Source: Gemmatimonadaceae bacterium (GTDB taxonomy: Bacteria > Gemmatimonadota > Gemmatimonadetes > Gemmatimonadales > Gemmatimonadaceae). Taken from it: DNA of 10,832 nucleotides. Of this stretch, positions 9,970 through 10,832 are shown piece after piece. A program made the position numbers and the translations under genes. Location: contig JBBDYA010000128.1 in NCBI GenBank assembly GCA_040902005.1, positions 1 to 10,832 on the forward strand, read 5' to 3'. Every line of letters begins with the position of its first letter. Position 1 is the first letter of the stretch. The notes beneath the pieces were generated by a model. The model searched no databases, had not been told where the DNA came from, and worked only from the letters and a program-made list of their open reading frames with translations.

Positions 9970-10404
9970 TCATGCGGCCTGCGCGTAGGCCAGGGAGACG
10001 GCCCGGCGCGCCACGCGCTTGAGCGCCCGGTGCACGGTGCGCGCGTAGCGGATGAAGTTCGCGCCCGCCCACGGGAACGCCGCGAAGAACTCGGCGGGCA
10101 GCCGGTCGGCCTTGAGCCGGTTGCAGCGCACGCAGGCCAGCACCACGTTGCCAGGCGTGTGCGCGCCGCCATGCGCGAGTGGATGGACGTGGTCCAGGGT
10201 GGCCGTTTCGAAGTCGAGGGCCGTGGCGCAATACACACAGCGCCGGCCGCAGTCTCGCATGGTGGCGCGCTTTATCGCGCGCTTGTAGCGGGCTCCACGA
10301 ACGGGGGGGGGGGTAACGCCGGAACGCCGGCGGTGGCGGGTGGGTGCCCGATTGATGTGGGCGGAATGCAGCGCGATACGGTGAGCGTGCCGTCGAACGG
10401 ACAT
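9970..10404 (-). CDS. Small HNH endonuclease (McrA-like, Zn-binding), 144 aa
   Basis: RCVYC...TLDHVHPLAHGGAHTPGNVVLACVRCNRLK: two CxxC pairs flanking DH...N...N. GAGG 4 nt before ATG 10404. Arg-rich N-terminus. Confidence 0.9.
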   Translation of the reverse strand: MSVRRHAHRIALHSAHINRAPTRHRRRSGVTPPPVRGARYKRAIKRATMRDCGRRCVYCATALDFETATLDHVHPLAHGGAHTPGNVVLACVRCNRLKADRLPAEFFAAFPWAGANFIRYARTVHRALKRVARRAVSLAYAQAA

Positions 10405-10417
10405 TGCACCTCGCTGG

Positions 10418-10462
10418 AAAAGACAACGCCCCGCGACCGGAAGGATTCCAGTCGTGGGGCGT
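10418..10462 (-). terminator. Intrinsic terminator/attenuator hairpin in the HNH leader
   Basis: Minus strand ACGCCCCACGACTGGAA-TCC-TTCCGGTCGCGGGGCGT (17-bp stem with one G-U and one A-C mismatch) followed by TGTCTTTT, ending about 14 nt before the HNH ATG. Confidence 0.75.
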
Positions 10463-10527
10463 CAGGGCTCTTCACATTGCCATCGCGGGCGACCCGAGAG
10501 ACGCGCCGCCGTCGTGCGCGGGCGCAT
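10462..10527 (-). CDS. Candidate leader peptide (uORF) MRPRTTAARLSGRPRWQCEEP, 21 aa
   Basis: ATG 10527; TGA 10464-10462, whose last base is the first base of the terminator stem. No SD, so translation is unproven. Confidence 0.4.
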   Translation of the reverse strand: MRPRTTAARLSGRPRWQCEEP

Positions 10528-10619
10528 CGGAGTGTGCTGCGTGTGCTGCGGGAAATTCGTCGCTGTCGGACCAGCGTGCGGGCCTCCGACCAAAGGCAGG
10601 GGGTCGTCCTGCCGATATG

Positions 10620-10646
10620 AATGTGATGCGGCGCTTTTTCGCGCAA
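10620..10646 (-). promoter_or_regulatory. Weak candidate promoter for the HNH leader
   Basis: TTGCGC (10646-10641) and CACATT (10625-10620), 6 nt before the first leader hairpin at G10613. The 15-nt spacer is short. Confidence 0.25.
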
Positions 10647-10689
10647 GTGGCAAAATCAGGTTCATCCGTGAATTCCGGGAAACCCTTCA

Positions 10690-10769
10690 GCGGCGAGAAC
10701 CACGACCACTTCAGTTCTTGGCCGCCCTTCTGTTCTCGGCCGCCTTTCCGTACCGCTGTTCTCGGCCGC
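10690..10769. repeat. Three 14-bp direct repeats plus one inverted partial copy
   Basis: Minus strand GCGGCCGAGAACAG (10769-10756 and 10743-10730) and GCGGCCAAGAACTG (10725-10712), spacers 12 and 4 nt; inverted GTTCTCGCCGC at 10700-10690. Confidence 0.8.
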
Positions 10770-10780
10770 GTCCGCAAAGT

Positions 10781-10832
10781 TCATGCGGCCGCGGGTACGT
10801 ACTCGGCGGCGCGCTGCGCGCGCCGGTCGGCC
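10781..10832 (-). CDS. Possible C-terminal end of an upstream gene (…ADRRAQRAAEYVPAAA*)
   Basis: Open frame with GC3-rich codons ending in TGA at 10783-10781; too short to identify. Confidence 0.35.
   Translation of the reverse strand, partial: ADRRAQRAAEYVPAAA

Noticed and set aside
9289..10620. 443-aa plus-strand ORF
   Set aside because: Out of frame with nadE, antisense to HNH and runs through the palindrome; no motifs.
9970..10769. IscB/HEARO, Cas9 fragment or TIGR-Tas interpretation of HNH plus upstream RNA and repeats
   Set aside because: The 144-aa protein has no visible PLMP, RuvC or Nop domain, and the repeats lack regular spacers or box C/D motifs.
10462..10777. Longer leader ORFs (67 aa 10462..10665; 101 aa 10472..10777)
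   Set aside because: They cross the candidate promoter, hairpins and repeats without an SD. Only the last 21 codons of the 67-aa frame are kept as a candidate uORF, though the longer start cannot be fully excluded.

Overview
GC-rich bacterial window; gene content and style suggest Gemmatimonadota (inference). Genes, left to right: a Hanks-type Ser/Thr kinase (minus, runs off the window start, absent from the ORF track); a divergent Lon protease with two insertions and two tandem sigma54-like -24/-12 motifs; a minus-strand pair of an exported mono-heme cytochrome c and a Tat/lipobox sarcosine-oxidase-like flavoprotein split by a frameshift in a G13 run; a class A penicillin-binding protein; a divergent nitrilase-NadE fusion (glutamine-dependent NAD+ synthetase); and a small Zn-binding HNH nuclease. 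The most interesting signals are non-coding or architectural. (1) The HNH gene lies behind a structured ~210-nt leader with a 21-codon uORF ending Glu-Glu-Pro-UGA at the base of an intrinsic terminator, plus a candidate antiterminator, i.e. a possible translation-sensing attenuator on a nuclease. (2) The same IS5-like end (GGAAGCTCTGAA) occurs in two intergenic regions, with elements abutting CTAG sites that supply TAG stop codons; one copy bounds a 114-bp MITE-like palindrome. (3) The cytochrome c/flavoprotein pair may be a periplasmic amine dehydrogenase module. There is also a 10-bp tandem repeat and a 14-bp mini-array. No CRISPR array, rRNA, tRNA or transposase was seen.
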